Notes under the pieces: model-generated | What the model was told of the DNA's origin: nothing | Databases searched by the model: none | What the model saw: the letters and a program-made list of their open reading frames with translations, nothing else | Source: an uncultured Clostridia bacterium | GTDB taxonomy: Bacteria; Bacillota; Clostridia; Christensenellales; CAG-917 | Reading direction: 5' to 3' | DNA: 64,000 bases | Assembly: GCA_944332995.1 (NCBI GenBank) | Contig: CALVKR010000002.1 | Span: 63,100-127,099, forward strand | Shown: piece after piece, positions 9,057-18,321 of the stretch | Position numbering within the stretch: the first letter of the stretch is position 1 | Layout of the letters: each line of letters begins with the position of its first letter | Translations under genes and position numbers: made by a program

Positions 9057-9437
9057 TTATTCTTTATCCGAATCGTGTGCGGTTTGCGCAGCCTCGCTCT
9101 CTTTTATTTCCTTTAAAATCTTTTCGATTTTCATTCCGTATTGAATGGAATCGTCAACGCAGAAAGTAAGTTCGGGCAAAAGTCTGACTTGCACCCTGTC
9201 TTTGAGCTGATTGCGGATAAAACCGCTCGCATTTTGTATTGCGGAAAGCGACTCTTTTGTCAGTTGCATATCGTCCGTAAAAAAGCTGAGATAAACCTTA
9301 GCATATTTTAAATCGGGAGTCGTTTTAACCTTTGTTACGGTAATCATATCCACCGTTATGCGAGGGTCTTTAAGCTCGTTGTTTATGACGTAGGCAATCT
9401 GTTTGGCAAGTTCGCTGTTGACTCTTTCTATTTTCAT
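9057..9437 (-). CDS. rbfA: ribosome-binding factor A
   Basis: 126-aa ORF with an RbfA-like sequence (RVNSELAKQIAYVI...LPELTF), directly downstream of infB. Confidence 0.9.
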   Translation of the reverse strand: MKIERVNSELAKQIAYVINNELKDPRITVDMITVTKVKTTPDLKYAKVYLSFFTDDMQLTKESLSAIQNASGFIRNQLKDRVQVRLLPELTFCVDDSIQYGMKIEKILKEIKESEAAQTAHDSDKE

Positions 9438-12007
9438 TGTTTTACCTGCTCCATTTTGAAAGCCTCAATCATATCGCCTTTTTTGACGTCGTTGAAGTTT
9501 TGAATTTTGATACCGCATTCAAAACCTTTAGCCATTTCCTTAGCGTCCTCTTTACCGTGCTTTAAGGAATCTATCATACCTTCAAAAACGTTTACGCCGT
9601 TACGGATAACTCTGACCTTTGCCGAACGAAGTATCTTGCCGTCAAGAACATAACATCCTGCAATAGTGCCGACTTTGGAGTAATTGAAGGTTTCCCTGAC
9701 TTCCGCCGTTCCGAGCACAACTTCCTCGAACACGGGGTCCAAAAGACCTTTCATGGCTTTTTGCACTCTGTCAAGAATTTCGTAGATGACCTTACAGCAA
9801 TAAATATCGACTTTTTGCGCTTCGGCAACCGACTTGGCGTTGCTGTCGGGACGAACGCCGAAACCGAATATAATAGCGCCCGTAGTCTTAGCGAGCATGA
9901 CGTCCGATTCGTTGATTGCACCCACGCCTCCGTGAACGATTTTAACCTTGACGTCGCTGAAATCGGGATTGTCGTTAAAGCGGAGTACGTCAAATTTTAA
10001 CGCCTCAAGAGAGCCTTGAGTATCCGCTTTGAATATGATTGCCGTTTCTTTATATTCTTTTGAAGTAAAATCGTCCAAAGAAAGTTTCTTTTTGGTGTTG
10101 TCCTCGACAACGGCAGGTTGTTTTTTACGCTCTTCGGCAAGCTGTCTTGCAAATTTGTCGTCGTCGACGGCATTTAATATATCGCCTGCATTGGGCACTT
10201 CGTCAAAACCGGACACGACGACGGGAATGGACGGACCCGCAGATTTTACCTGTCTGCCGTTTTCGTCCGTCATAGTTTTGATCTTACCTACTGCGGTACC
10301 TGCAATAATAGCGTCGCCGACTTTAAGCGTTCCCTTTTCAACAAGGACGGTAGCTACCGCACCGAGTCCCTTGTCGAGCTTGGATTCGATTATCGTTCCC
10401 TTTGCCTTTCTGTCGGGGTTTGCCTTGAGCTCCAAAAGTTCGGCAACAAGCAAAACCGTTTCGAGCAAATGGTCTACGCCCTCGCCTGTCTTAGCGGAAA
10501 CGTTGCAAACAGGCGTCGAACCGCCCCATTCTTCCGGCAACAAATCGTGCTCGGTGAGCTGTTGCAACACTTTTTGCGGGTCTGCACCAGCCTTATCGAT
10601 TTTATTTACCGCAACGATAATTTCAACCCCTGCCGATTTAGCATGGTCGATAGCCTCAATCGTCTGAGGCATGATGCCGTCGTCTGCGGCGACTACCAAA
10701 ACCGCTATATCGGTAACTTGAGCGCCTCTCGCTCTCATTGCCGTGAACGCTTCGTGTCCCGGGGTATCGATAAACGTGATTTGCTGACCTTTGATTTTTA
10801 TCGTATATGCGCCTATCTGCTGTGTAATACCGCCAGCTTCGCCCGTTGCGACTTTACTCTTTCTGATGTAGTCCAAAAGCGAAGTTTTGCCGTGGTCGAC
10901 GTGACCCATTATCGTAACGATAGGCGGTCTCGGAACGAGAGACTCGGGGCTGTCCGCCGTATCGAGATTCTGTTCCGTCAAAGCGTCTTCAAACGTCTTT
11001 TCGAGTTTAAGCTCGAGCTTGATGCCGAAATCGCTTGCAACGAGCGACGCCGTTTCAAAATCGATATTTTCGTTTATCGTTTTGATGATATCGAGACTGA
11101 ACAGTTTTTTGATAATTTCCGTGCCCGTCTTACCTATCTTTTCGGAAAGGTGTTTTATGGAAAACACTTCGGAATTGACGACGGCGCTTTCAATCTTAAT
11201 TGCTTGAGATTTATTCGATTCCGACTTTTTCGCCTTATAGTTTCTCACTCTGGTGTTGTCGAAAATCTCATCGGCATTGTCGTCAATAGTGGTTCCTTTA
11301 AAATTGTTATAGTTGTCAAATCTGCCGAATTGACCGCTCTTTTTGAGGTCGTATTTAGACGGAGCGTTTTTCTCGTCACCCGTGTATGCGTTCTTCTTGG
11401 TTTTGGGCTGATTTTTATTCGGCATAATGACCGCCGGAGCAACGTAACCGCCTTGCGGTTTAGCGCCGGGTCTCATCGGACGAGCGCCACCAGGTGCGGA
11501 ATTTTGCGGACGAGGCTGTCTTTGTTGTGTAGAATTGTCGAAAACTCTTGTCTGCACCTTCTTTTCAGGTGCTTTCTTTTCCGGAGGAATATAAATTCTT
11601 CTCGGCTCGTTTGAATAGTCGGGCTTTTTCTTTTCAGGCTCGATAGCAAAAGTCCTGTGCGGAACGTTGGTATTGGTCTTAGGCTTAGCTAAGACTGTCT
11701 CCTTTTTTTCTTCGACGGGTTTTTCTTCTGTTTTAACCTCTGCTATAGGAGTTTCCGTCTTTACATTAGGAGCCGGAGCTGTTTTCTTTTCGGCTTCTTT
11801 GGGCGTGACGGCTTTTTCTTCTTCGTTCAATTTAGCCGCAAACTCCTCCCTCTTTTTGCTCACAGCGTCAAAAAGACTGCGGGCTTTAGCTTTTAAGCTC
11901 GCCAGTTCCTTAGCTATGTTCGGCAACGTCTGAGCCCTGTATTCGTCAAACGTTTTCTTAACCGAAATTTTAGCGTTTTTGTTTTCAGAGTTTTCTGTCA
12001 TATACAC
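9434..12007 (-). CDS. infB: translation initiation factor IF-2
   Basis: GHVDHGKTSLLD, DTPGHEAF and NKIDK GTPase motifs. Long K/E/P-rich N-terminal region. nusA-infB-rbfA synteny. Confidence 0.95.
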   Translation of the reverse strand: MYMTENSENKNAKISVKKTFDEYRAQTLPNIAKELASLKAKARSLFDAVSKKREEFAAKLNEEEKAVTPKEAEKKTAPAPNVKTETPIAEVKTEEKPVEEKKETVLAKPKTNTNVPHRTFAIEPEKKKPDYSNEPRRIYIPPEKKAPEKKVQTRVFDNSTQQRQPRPQNSAPGGARPMRPGAKPQGGYVAPAVIMPNKNQPKTKKNAYTGDEKNAPSKYDLKKSGQFGRFDNYNNFKGTTIDDNADEIFDNTRVRNYKAKKSESNKSQAIKIESAVVNSEVFSIKHLSEKIGKTGTEIIKKLFSLDIIKTINENIDFETASLVASDFGIKLELKLEKTFEDALTEQNLDTADSPESLVPRPPIVTIMGHVDHGKTSLLDYIRKSKVATGEAGGITQQIGAYTIKIKGQQITFIDTPGHEAFTAMRARGAQVTDIAVLVVAADDGIMPQTIEAIDHAKSAGVEIIVAVNKIDKAGADPQKVLQQLTEHDLLPEEWGGSTPVCNVSAKTGEGVDHLLETVLLVAELLELKANPDRKAKGTIIESKLDKGLGAVATVLVEKGTLKVGDAIIAGTAVGKIKTMTDENGRQVKSAGPSIPVVVSGFDEVPNAGDILNAVDDDKFARQLAEERKKQPAVVEDNTKKKLSLDDFTSKEYKETAIIFKADTQGSLEALKFDVLRFNDNPDFSDVKVKIVHGGVGAINESDVMLAKTTGAIIFGFGVRPDSNAKSVAEAQKVDIYCCKVIYEILDRVQKAMKGLLDPVFEEVVLGTAEVRETFNYSKVGTIAGCYVLDGKILRSAKVRVIRNGVNVFEGMIDSLKHGKEDAKEMAKGFECGIKIQNFNDVKKGDMIEAFKMEQVKQ

Positions 12008-12009
12008 CT

Positions 12010-12303
12010 CTATTTATTACATTCGTTGATGATTGCCTCTCTCAAATTCTCGTCCGTGACGGCAATCACTTTTACTCCGTTTTTATTTAACAGTGAAGAT
12101 AAATCTTCTATCTCGATAATCGGCGATTCGCCCATATATAAGGCGATATCTTTTTTCGTTCTGTCCGAAGCGGAAGCGCACACCATAACGAGAGGATATC
12201 CCTTTTTTCTCTTTAAAAGATTATCTATACCGTATATGATTTTCCCCGCCTTTTGGGCAAAACCTAAATAACTAATTATCTTTTTTTTGTCCATAGCTTT
12301 CAA
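12010..12303 (-). CDS. ylxQ: L7Ae/L30e-family RNA-binding protein (YlxQ-like)
   Basis: 97-aa ORF (LGFAQKAGKIIYG...) in the conserved ylxR-ylxQ slot between nusA and infB. Confidence 0.75.
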   Translation of the reverse strand: MKAMDKKKIISYLGFAQKAGKIIYGIDNLLKRKKGYPLVMVCASASDRTKKDIALYMGESPIIEIEDLSSLLNKNGVKVIAVTDENLREAIINECNK

Positions 12304-12532
12304 GTTTAGAATATGTTTCGGGGGAAACTTCTTTTTTGAACGCTCTTGACAGCGTTTTTCTCTTTATTGCTTCTAAAACGCAATCGGGACAGATATAAAC
12401 GCCTTTACCCTGCTGTGGCTGTGTTCCGCCTACGACGATTTCTCCGTTTATCTCGCATACCTTGACAAACTGCGATTTATCCGCCCTTTTACGGCAAACT
12501 GCGCACATTCGGGTATTTTTAGCGTTACGCAT
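12272..12532 (-). CDS. ylxR: YlxR/DUF448 family RNA-binding protein
   Basis: R-MC-VCR...YICP-C pattern (MCAVCRKR...GKGVYICPDC), immediately downstream of nusA. Confidence 0.8.
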   Translation of the reverse strand: MRNAKNTRMCAVCRKRADKSQFVKVCEINGEIVVGGTQPQQGKGVYICPDCVLEAIKRKTLSRAFKKEVSPETYSKLESYGQKKDN

Positions 12533-12533
12533 T

Positions 12534-13589
12534 TTACTCCTCTACCACACCAAGGCTCGACTGAGGCTTGACGTCGATTTTCCAACCTGTCAGTTTTGCG
12601 GCAAGGCGTGCGTTTTGTCCGTTTTTGCCTATCGCAAGCGACAGCTTTTCGTCGGGAACGATGACGGTTGCCGATTTATTGTCTTCAACGCAACGCACCA
12701 TAAGCACCTGCGCAGGAGAAAGCGACTTGGCGATATATTCGAGAGGATCGGCGCACCACTGAATGACGTCGATTTTTTCGCCGTTGAGTTCCGCCACAAT
12801 CTCGTTTACTCTTACGCCCTTATTGCCTATGCAGGCACCCGTGGCGTCGACGTTGGGGTCTTCGGAAAATACCGCGATTTTGGTGCGGAAGCCGGCTTCA
12901 CGCACTACCGATTTTATCTGAATGAGCCCTGCCTTGATTTCCGGAACCTCGTTTTCAAAAAGTCTTCTGACAAAGCCTGCCGAAGAACGGGAAACGACCA
13001 CCTGCGAGCCGTGAGAAGTAGTCCTCACCTTTTTAAGGAAAACTTTTATCGTGTCGTTTACCTGATATTTTTCACCGGGGATCTGGTCTTGGAGCATCAT
13101 AACGCCTTCCATTTGATTTGCCGTGATTTCAACGTAAACGGTGCCCTGTTCGACACGTCTGATAATAGCAGGCATAATTTCGCCCTGATGATCGTTCATC
13201 TCGCTGAGAATCATTTCCTTTCTTGCGTCGTTGAGTCTTTGCAAAACAACCTGTTTTGCCGTTTGAGCGGCAATACGCGAAAAATCTTTGGGCGTGATAT
13301 CTTCTATAACAACGTCGCCTATTTTATAGGACGGTTTAATTTCTCTTGCTTCTTCAAGGTCTATCTGAGTTTCATAGTCCTCCACTTCCTCGACGACAGT
13401 GCGATAAGCGTAAACCTTTATCGACTGCTTTTCCTCATTGAGTTTAACGGTAATAGCTCTTGCTTCACCCCACTCCTTTTTGAAAGCGGAAGCAAGACCC
13501 GCCTCTAACGACTCGATGAGCAAATCCTTTGAAATTCTCTTTTCCTTCTCTAAGGCGTCAAGTGCCGCAAAGAATTCTTTGTTGACCAT
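12534..13589 (-). CDS. nusA: transcription termination/antitermination factor NusA
   Basis: S1 and KH-domain sequence (GACIGNKGVRV, LAIGKNGQNARLAAKLTGWKIDV). ATG at 13589 is preceded by TAGGAGGAGAT. The listed 13613 start overlaps rimP. Confidence 0.95.
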   Translation of the reverse strand: MVNKEFFAALDALEKEKRISKDLLIESLEAGLASAFKKEWGEARAITVKLNEEKQSIKVYAYRTVVEEVEDYETQIDLEEAREIKPSYKIGDVVIEDITPKDFSRIAAQTAKQVVLQRLNDARKEMILSEMNDHQGEIMPAIIRRVEQGTVYVEITANQMEGVMMLQDQIPGEKYQVNDTIKVFLKKVRTTSHGSQVVVSRSSAGFVRRLFENEVPEIKAGLIQIKSVVREAGFRTKIAVFSEDPNVDATGACIGNKGVRVNEIVAELNGEKIDVIQWCADPLEYIAKSLSPAQVLMVRCVEDNKSATVIVPDEKLSLAIGKNGQNARLAAKLTGWKIDVKPQSSLGVVEE

Positions 13590-13597
13590 ATCTCCTC

Positions 13598-14065
13598 CTA
13601 AAACTTGATCCAAGGCTGAGCCTTTTGGATATTTTGTCTTAATATATTTATTTGTTTAATTTGTCCTTTTTTATTTTCCGAAACGGTGACAATTTGAGCG
13701 TCATATGCCGTAAGTTTTCCCCTTACCGCCTCTTTTTTATCTCCCTTAACAAACACTTCGATTTCCGTATCCAAGGCACGGCGGAAATCGTCGTCGGAAA
13801 GGATAGGTCTGTCAAGCCCCGGGGAGCTTACGTTTAAAACGTAGTCGTCGGGGAATTTGTCGGATAACTCCTCCAAAAGCGAGTCCAAAGCGTTATGAAA
13901 ATTTTCGCAATCGTTTAAATCCACACCGCCTTTTTTGTATATGAAAAAATTGAGGTTAAGCCTGCGGTACTCTTTCGAGAAATTAACCTCCACTATTTCA
14001 TATCCCATAGAATCGGCAATAACCGTAGCCTTATCTTTTACAACCGCCAAAAGTTCTTCCAACAT
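13598..14065 (-). CDS. rimP: ribosome maturation factor RimP
   Basis: 155-aa ORF with the VSSPGLDRPL-type motif (VSSPGLDRPI), directly upstream of nusA. Confidence 0.9.
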   Translation of the reverse strand: MLEELLAVVKDKATVIADSMGYEIVEVNFSKEYRRLNLNFFIYKKGGVDLNDCENFHNALDSLLEELSDKFPDDYVLNVSSPGLDRPILSDDDFRRALDTEIEVFVKGDKKEAVRGKLTAYDAQIVTVSENKKGQIKQINILRQNIQKAQPWIKF

Positions 14066-14287
14066 ATCGACCTCTTAATAGTCCCCTATAATAAATCGAG
14101 TGAGCCAAGGCTCACTCTGATGATGTTTTTATCTTAAGCATAAATATAATAACATAACTCAATATGTTTGGCAAGCGTTTTAACGCATTATATGCCAAGT
14201 TATCGTTTTAAAATAAAATGCCAAACAAAAACCTCTCTACCGTTAAAAATTTCCTCATTCAGTTAAAAACCAAAAAACAATTGCCGA

Positions 14288-15850
14288 TTATTTTGTTCCG
14301 TCTTTTATCTTGCAAATTTCAATAAACAGTTTAGCCGTGGCGACGGTATCGGCAAGCGCCCTGTGTGCGTCCTCTAAAGATATTCCAAGCAGTTTGGTGA
14401 GCGAGCCAAGGCTGAAGCCTTTCGCCTCTTTAACGTAGGTCCTTGCAAGCGCCAAAGTATCGACAAGTTCCCTGTCTTTATATATGTATCCGCATTCCTT
14501 CGACTGCCTGTATAAAAAAGAAAAATCAAAGGAAATATTGTGCGCCACGAGTGCGCAACCGTAGGTAAAGCGGTAAAAGTCGGCGGCAACCGTATCAAAG
14601 GTCGGCGAAAGCTCCACCATATCGTCCGTGATATTGTTTACGTCCGAGGCTCCTTTGGGTATCGGCATCTCGGGATTGACAAGCGTATCGAAAGTTTCGG
14701 TTATCTTACCGTTTACGATTTTTACCGCCCCTATCTCGATTATCTTATCCGTCGCCGTCAGTCCCGTCGTTTCAAAGTCGAACACGACAAAACTTTTATC
14801 TTTAAGCGAGCCGGTCACTTCCTTTTGCGTATCAAATAAACTTGCCTGATTGAGTTCCTCATAAGGCTTGGGAAAAACAAAATTGTATCCTTTCGGGACG
14901 GGTTTTGACGCCTCCTCGTTTTTTATCGAATCAAAATCTATCGTAGCGAGCGATATGTCGCTGACGGTATATTGAAGCCCGCCGTAACGCCCGTCCGTAA
15001 CGTTGCCGTAGCACAAAACGTGGAGATTATCCTGCAGTGCCTCGAGCATGGGCTCCTGCGCAAAAGACGGAAACGCCACGCATTCAATGGATTTGGTCGT
15101 GTCGTTTAAAGTCCATTTGAAAAGTTTTAATTTTTCCGGCTCTTTTTTGTTTACACCGTCATAGCGCTTATTTTGATATTCCCTAAAGGAAATATTTGAA
15201 ACCTTTCCGCATAGTGTTACGCCTTCCGCAGCGCCCTTAATTTCGGATATGTAAGTAGGCATACCGCCTATCATACCGCTCGAGCGGAAGCGTGAATACA
15301 GCTTTTTTTCCTCTTTCACCGTTATGACCTTGGCGTGCTCGTAAATCACTCTGTCGATGACGAGTTCGTCGTCGGTGTTGTTTGGCATTTCGAGAATTTT
15401 GACGTCTATTTCCGAGTTGAAGTTTTTAGATAAAAACCTTTCGATTTCCTCTTCTTTTTGTTCTATGATTTTTGCAAGCGTCTTTTCAAATTTTATGTCA
15501 ACCGTTATCAAACCGTCCTCAACCGTCACTTTAACGTTTTCCTTTTTTAAATAATTGAAATATGCGGGATAGTTATCCTTGAAAAATTGAAAAAGGCGTG
15601 TTGTAACGACGTCGACGTCGGCAAGCGTTCTTTCAATGACGATATCTATATTGACGTCGGGTATGATTTCTTCCACTATCTTTTTTATCTGCGCCTCGTC
15701 GCTTTCCGTTATAAGCGAAGCGTCGTAAGCGGACACGATAAATTTGACGACAAGCAGTCGTCTGTCCTCATAATAAATGCTCTCTTTAAACTTGAGCATC
15801 GGGTATTTGTTTGAGGATTTTATTTTAAACTCGTCAAAAAATTTACTCAT
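14288..15850 (-). CDS. DEDDh 3'-5' exonuclease (DnaQ/PolC-exo-like) with a PolC-like N-terminal region and OB fold; no PHP or polymerase domains
   Basis: Exo I FVVFDFETTGL, Exo II LVAHNISFDFSFL, Exo III HRALADTVATAKLF. An OB-like segment lies upstream (CGKVSNISFREY...IECVAFPS...VLCYGNVTDGRYGGLQYTVSDI). Occupies the ispG/rimP slot where polC lies in Clostridia. Confidence 0.7.
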   Translation of the reverse strand: MSKFFDEFKIKSSNKYPMLKFKESIYYEDRRLLVVKFIVSAYDASLITESDEAQIKKIVEEIIPDVNIDIVIERTLADVDVVTTRLFQFFKDNYPAYFNYLKKENVKVTVEDGLITVDIKFEKTLAKIIEQKEEEIERFLSKNFNSEIDVKILEMPNNTDDELVIDRVIYEHAKVITVKEEKKLYSRFRSSGMIGGMPTYISEIKGAAEGVTLCGKVSNISFREYQNKRYDGVNKKEPEKLKLFKWTLNDTTKSIECVAFPSFAQEPMLEALQDNLHVLCYGNVTDGRYGGLQYTVSDISLATIDFDSIKNEEASKPVPKGYNFVFPKPYEELNQASLFDTQKEVTGSLKDKSFVVFDFETTGLTATDKIIEIGAVKIVNGKITETFDTLVNPEMPIPKGASDVNNITDDMVELSPTFDTVAADFYRFTYGCALVAHNISFDFSFLYRQSKECGYIYKDRELVDTLALARTYVKEAKGFSLGSLTKLLGISLEDAHRALADTVATAKLFIEICKIKDGTK

Positions 15851-16880
15851 TTAAATTATCTTCTGCCTTTAATAAAACGTATTTTCTGAGCGTATCCAAA
15901 ATCTTGCCGTTAGGCACCGTTTCCACCGCCTTGCCGTCCATAAACACGGTTGATTTTTCCCTTCCCCCGGCTATGCCGACGTCGGCGCCCTCGCTCTCGC
16001 CTATTCCGTTTACCACACAGCCCATAACGGCGATTTTAAGCGGTTTGGAAAGGTTAAAAAATTCCTTTTCTACCTTTTCGGCAATCGAGGCAACGTCGAT
16101 TTCCGTCCTTCCGCACGTCGGACAGGATATAACTTCAATCATATCCTTTCTGAGTCCCAAAAAGTTGAGCATTTTCCTTGCGCAGATAACTTCCTCGACC
16201 GGGTCGCAAGAGAGAGAAACACGAATCGTATCGCCTATTCCCCTAAGCAACAACGCCCCTATTGCCATGGAATTTTTTATAATTCCGTTTTTCAACGTCC
16301 CGGCTTCGGTAACTCCGATATGAAGAGGATAGCCAAGTTTAGACAGCTTTTCGTAGGCGTCAACGGTATCCGAAACGCTCGAAGATTTCACCGATATGAC
16401 TATATCCGAAAAAGAGAGTTTTTCAAGCAAATCGACGTGCTTTAAAGCGCTTGCAACCAAAGCGTCTACGGCAGGCAGTTTTTTAAATTCTTCCTCAATC
16501 GAGCCGTGATTTATGCCTATGCGAATGGGAAGTTTTCTTTCCTTTGCCATATCGACGACTTTTTTTAAATCCCCTTTCACGTTACCGGGGTTAAGTCTGA
16601 TTTTTGCAACGCCTGCCTCTATCGCCTTGACAGCAAGTGAGGCGGAAAAATGAATATCGGCGACAATGGGAAGCGGAGAGTTTCTGACGATATCATTCAA
16701 AACGCTCGCCGCTCTGTCATCCGGCACGGCGACTCTGACGATATCGCATTTCGCTTTAGATAGCGCATCTATCTGCAACAAAGAAGCGTCGACGTCATAC
16801 GGGGAAACGTTTAACATCGATTGCACCGATATATAGTCTCCGCCGATAGGAACGCCGCCGCAATAGACGATATTTTTCAT
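15843..16880 (-). CDS. ispG: 4-hydroxy-3-methylbut-2-en-1-yl diphosphate synthase (flavodoxin), IspG
   Basis: 345-aa GcpE-like sequence with C-terminal Cys ligands (SCPTCGRT...GCVVNG). Isoprenoid gene neighbourhood. Confidence 0.9.
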   Translation of the reverse strand: MKNIVYCGGVPIGGDYISVQSMLNVSPYDVDASLLQIDALSKAKCDIVRVAVPDDRAASVLNDIVRNSPLPIVADIHFSASLAVKAIEAGVAKIRLNPGNVKGDLKKVVDMAKERKLPIRIGINHGSIEEEFKKLPAVDALVASALKHVDLLEKLSFSDIVISVKSSSVSDTVDAYEKLSKLGYPLHIGVTEAGTLKNGIIKNSMAIGALLLRGIGDTIRVSLSCDPVEEVICARKMLNFLGLRKDMIEVISCPTCGRTEIDVASIAEKVEKEFFNLSKPLKIAVMGCVVNGIGESEGADVGIAGGREKSTVFMDGKAVETVPNGKILDTLRKYVLLKAEDNLNE

Positions 16881-16889
16881 ATATTAAAT

Positions 16890-18107
16890 TTAACTCACAA
16901 GGTGGAATATGTCAAGGAATACCGTCAACAGCAGAAGCAAAATAAGTCCCACCGTGTGGATAATTCCCTCCACCTTTCTGTTTAAAGGTTTACCCCTTAT
17001 CCACTCTATGACGGTGAAAACCATTCTAGCGCCGTCAAGAGCGGGTATCGGAAGCAGATTCATAACCGCAAGGTTGGCAGAAATGATAGCGATTATATAC
17101 AAAAAGTTGGAAAAGCTCATCATCGTCGATTCTGCGATAGTTTTGACAACCGTTATCGTTCCTCCGGCCGTGCTGAGCGCTATCTTGCCGGTTATCAGTC
17201 CGCCGAGCGAAGCGAGTATCTTAAACACCACGAAAAACGCAAAACCGAACGACCTTCCGAGCGCCGTGAAAAACGGAAGTCTGACTATATCCATCGACCT
17301 CGTAATTCCGTAACCGTAATACGACCACTGCCCCTCGTGCATTGTTGCCTCGACCGTCACTTGCGAATCGCCCCTTTGCACGACAAAAGTTCCCTTTTCG
17401 GTCACGTAGTCTTCTATTTTATCGGCATTTGTAGAATAATCTATATATTCATTCTCGCCAAGCGCCGTAGAATTTATCTTAATTATAATGTCACCGTCCT
17501 CAAAAGCCGCATGATATGATTTTGATGCGGTAAACGTAACCGTTTTTCCCATTCTTAACACTTTAAAGGTTGCCGTGTTCCCTGCCTTTTCAAAAACTGC
17601 CTCTACGTCCTCCGGCATCAGTATGTTGGATTGCTTGCCGTCTATGGCGAGTATGGTGTCGCCTTCCTGAAAGTAAGCGGAATCGGAAGTCGTGGTGACT
17701 GTGGGCAAAACCTGACCGTATACCGAAAAGAACAGCGTTATAAAAAATATCGACGAAAGAAAATTGAAAAACGCTCCGGAAAAAAGCACTATAAGCCTTT
17801 TCCACGGCTTTTGATTGTTGAACGCCTTAGGATCGGGATTATCCTCGTCCTCTCCTGCGAAAGCGCAAAAACCGCCGACGGGAATCGGACGTATGGTAAA
17901 AAGCTCGCCGCTTTTGGCTCTGTGTTTAAAAATCGGCGGTCCGAAACCTATTGCGAATTCGTTGATTTTAAATCCGAGCCATTTTCCCGCAAGATAATGT
18001 CCGAGCTCGTGTATAACGATCATCACCATGAGAGCGACTATGGCGAGAATGACGAATCCGATATAGGTAAAAACTTCGGCTGCCGTTGCTGAAAGAGCGT
18101 AATTCAT
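16890..18107 (-). CDS. rseP: RIP metalloprotease RseP/YluC (M50 site-2 protease)
   Basis: HELGHY zinc motif, NLLPIPALDG motif, multiple TM segments, and a position downstream of dxr. Confidence 0.85.
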   Translation of the reverse strand: MNYALSATAAEVFTYIGFVILAIVALMVMIVIHELGHYLAGKWLGFKINEFAIGFGPPIFKHRAKSGELFTIRPIPVGGFCAFAGEDEDNPDPKAFNNQKPWKRLIVLFSGAFFNFLSSIFFITLFFSVYGQVLPTVTTTSDSAYFQEGDTILAIDGKQSNILMPEDVEAVFEKAGNTATFKVLRMGKTVTFTASKSYHAAFEDGDIIIKINSTALGENEYIDYSTNADKIEDYVTEKGTFVVQRGDSQVTVEATMHEGQWSYYGYGITRSMDIVRLPFFTALGRSFGFAFFVVFKILASLGGLITGKIALSTAGGTITVVKTIAESTMMSFSNFLYIIAIISANLAVMNLLPIPALDGARMVFTVIEWIRGKPLNRKVEGIIHTVGLILLLLLTVFLDIFHLVS

Positions 18108-18321
18108 GTCGTTTAATTATATTATTATTTTTTAAAGGCAATACCCTTTTTATTTATTATGGCAAAAAATAAGATTTTTTTCAATAGCAAAATATAATTT
18201 TTACTTCACCATATACAATTTTACTTGCCTTATTTTCATTGCATTTGCCTAAATAAAAAAATAAAGCCCGAAAAAATCGGACTTTACCTAAAATATTCGT
18301 TGTAGACGGTGTTTAACGAGG

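Noticed and set aside
10469-11614. Long ORFs antisense to core genes: 381 aa opposite infB, 348 aa at 12462-13508 opposite nusA, 371 aa at 33642-34757 opposite mutS2, 271 aa at 22881-23696 opposite tsf, and 221 aa at 18724-19389 opposite dxr.
   Set aside because: These are shadow frames of strongly supported genes. Their translations are low-complexity (R/F/S/L-rich), have no motifs and have no RBS.
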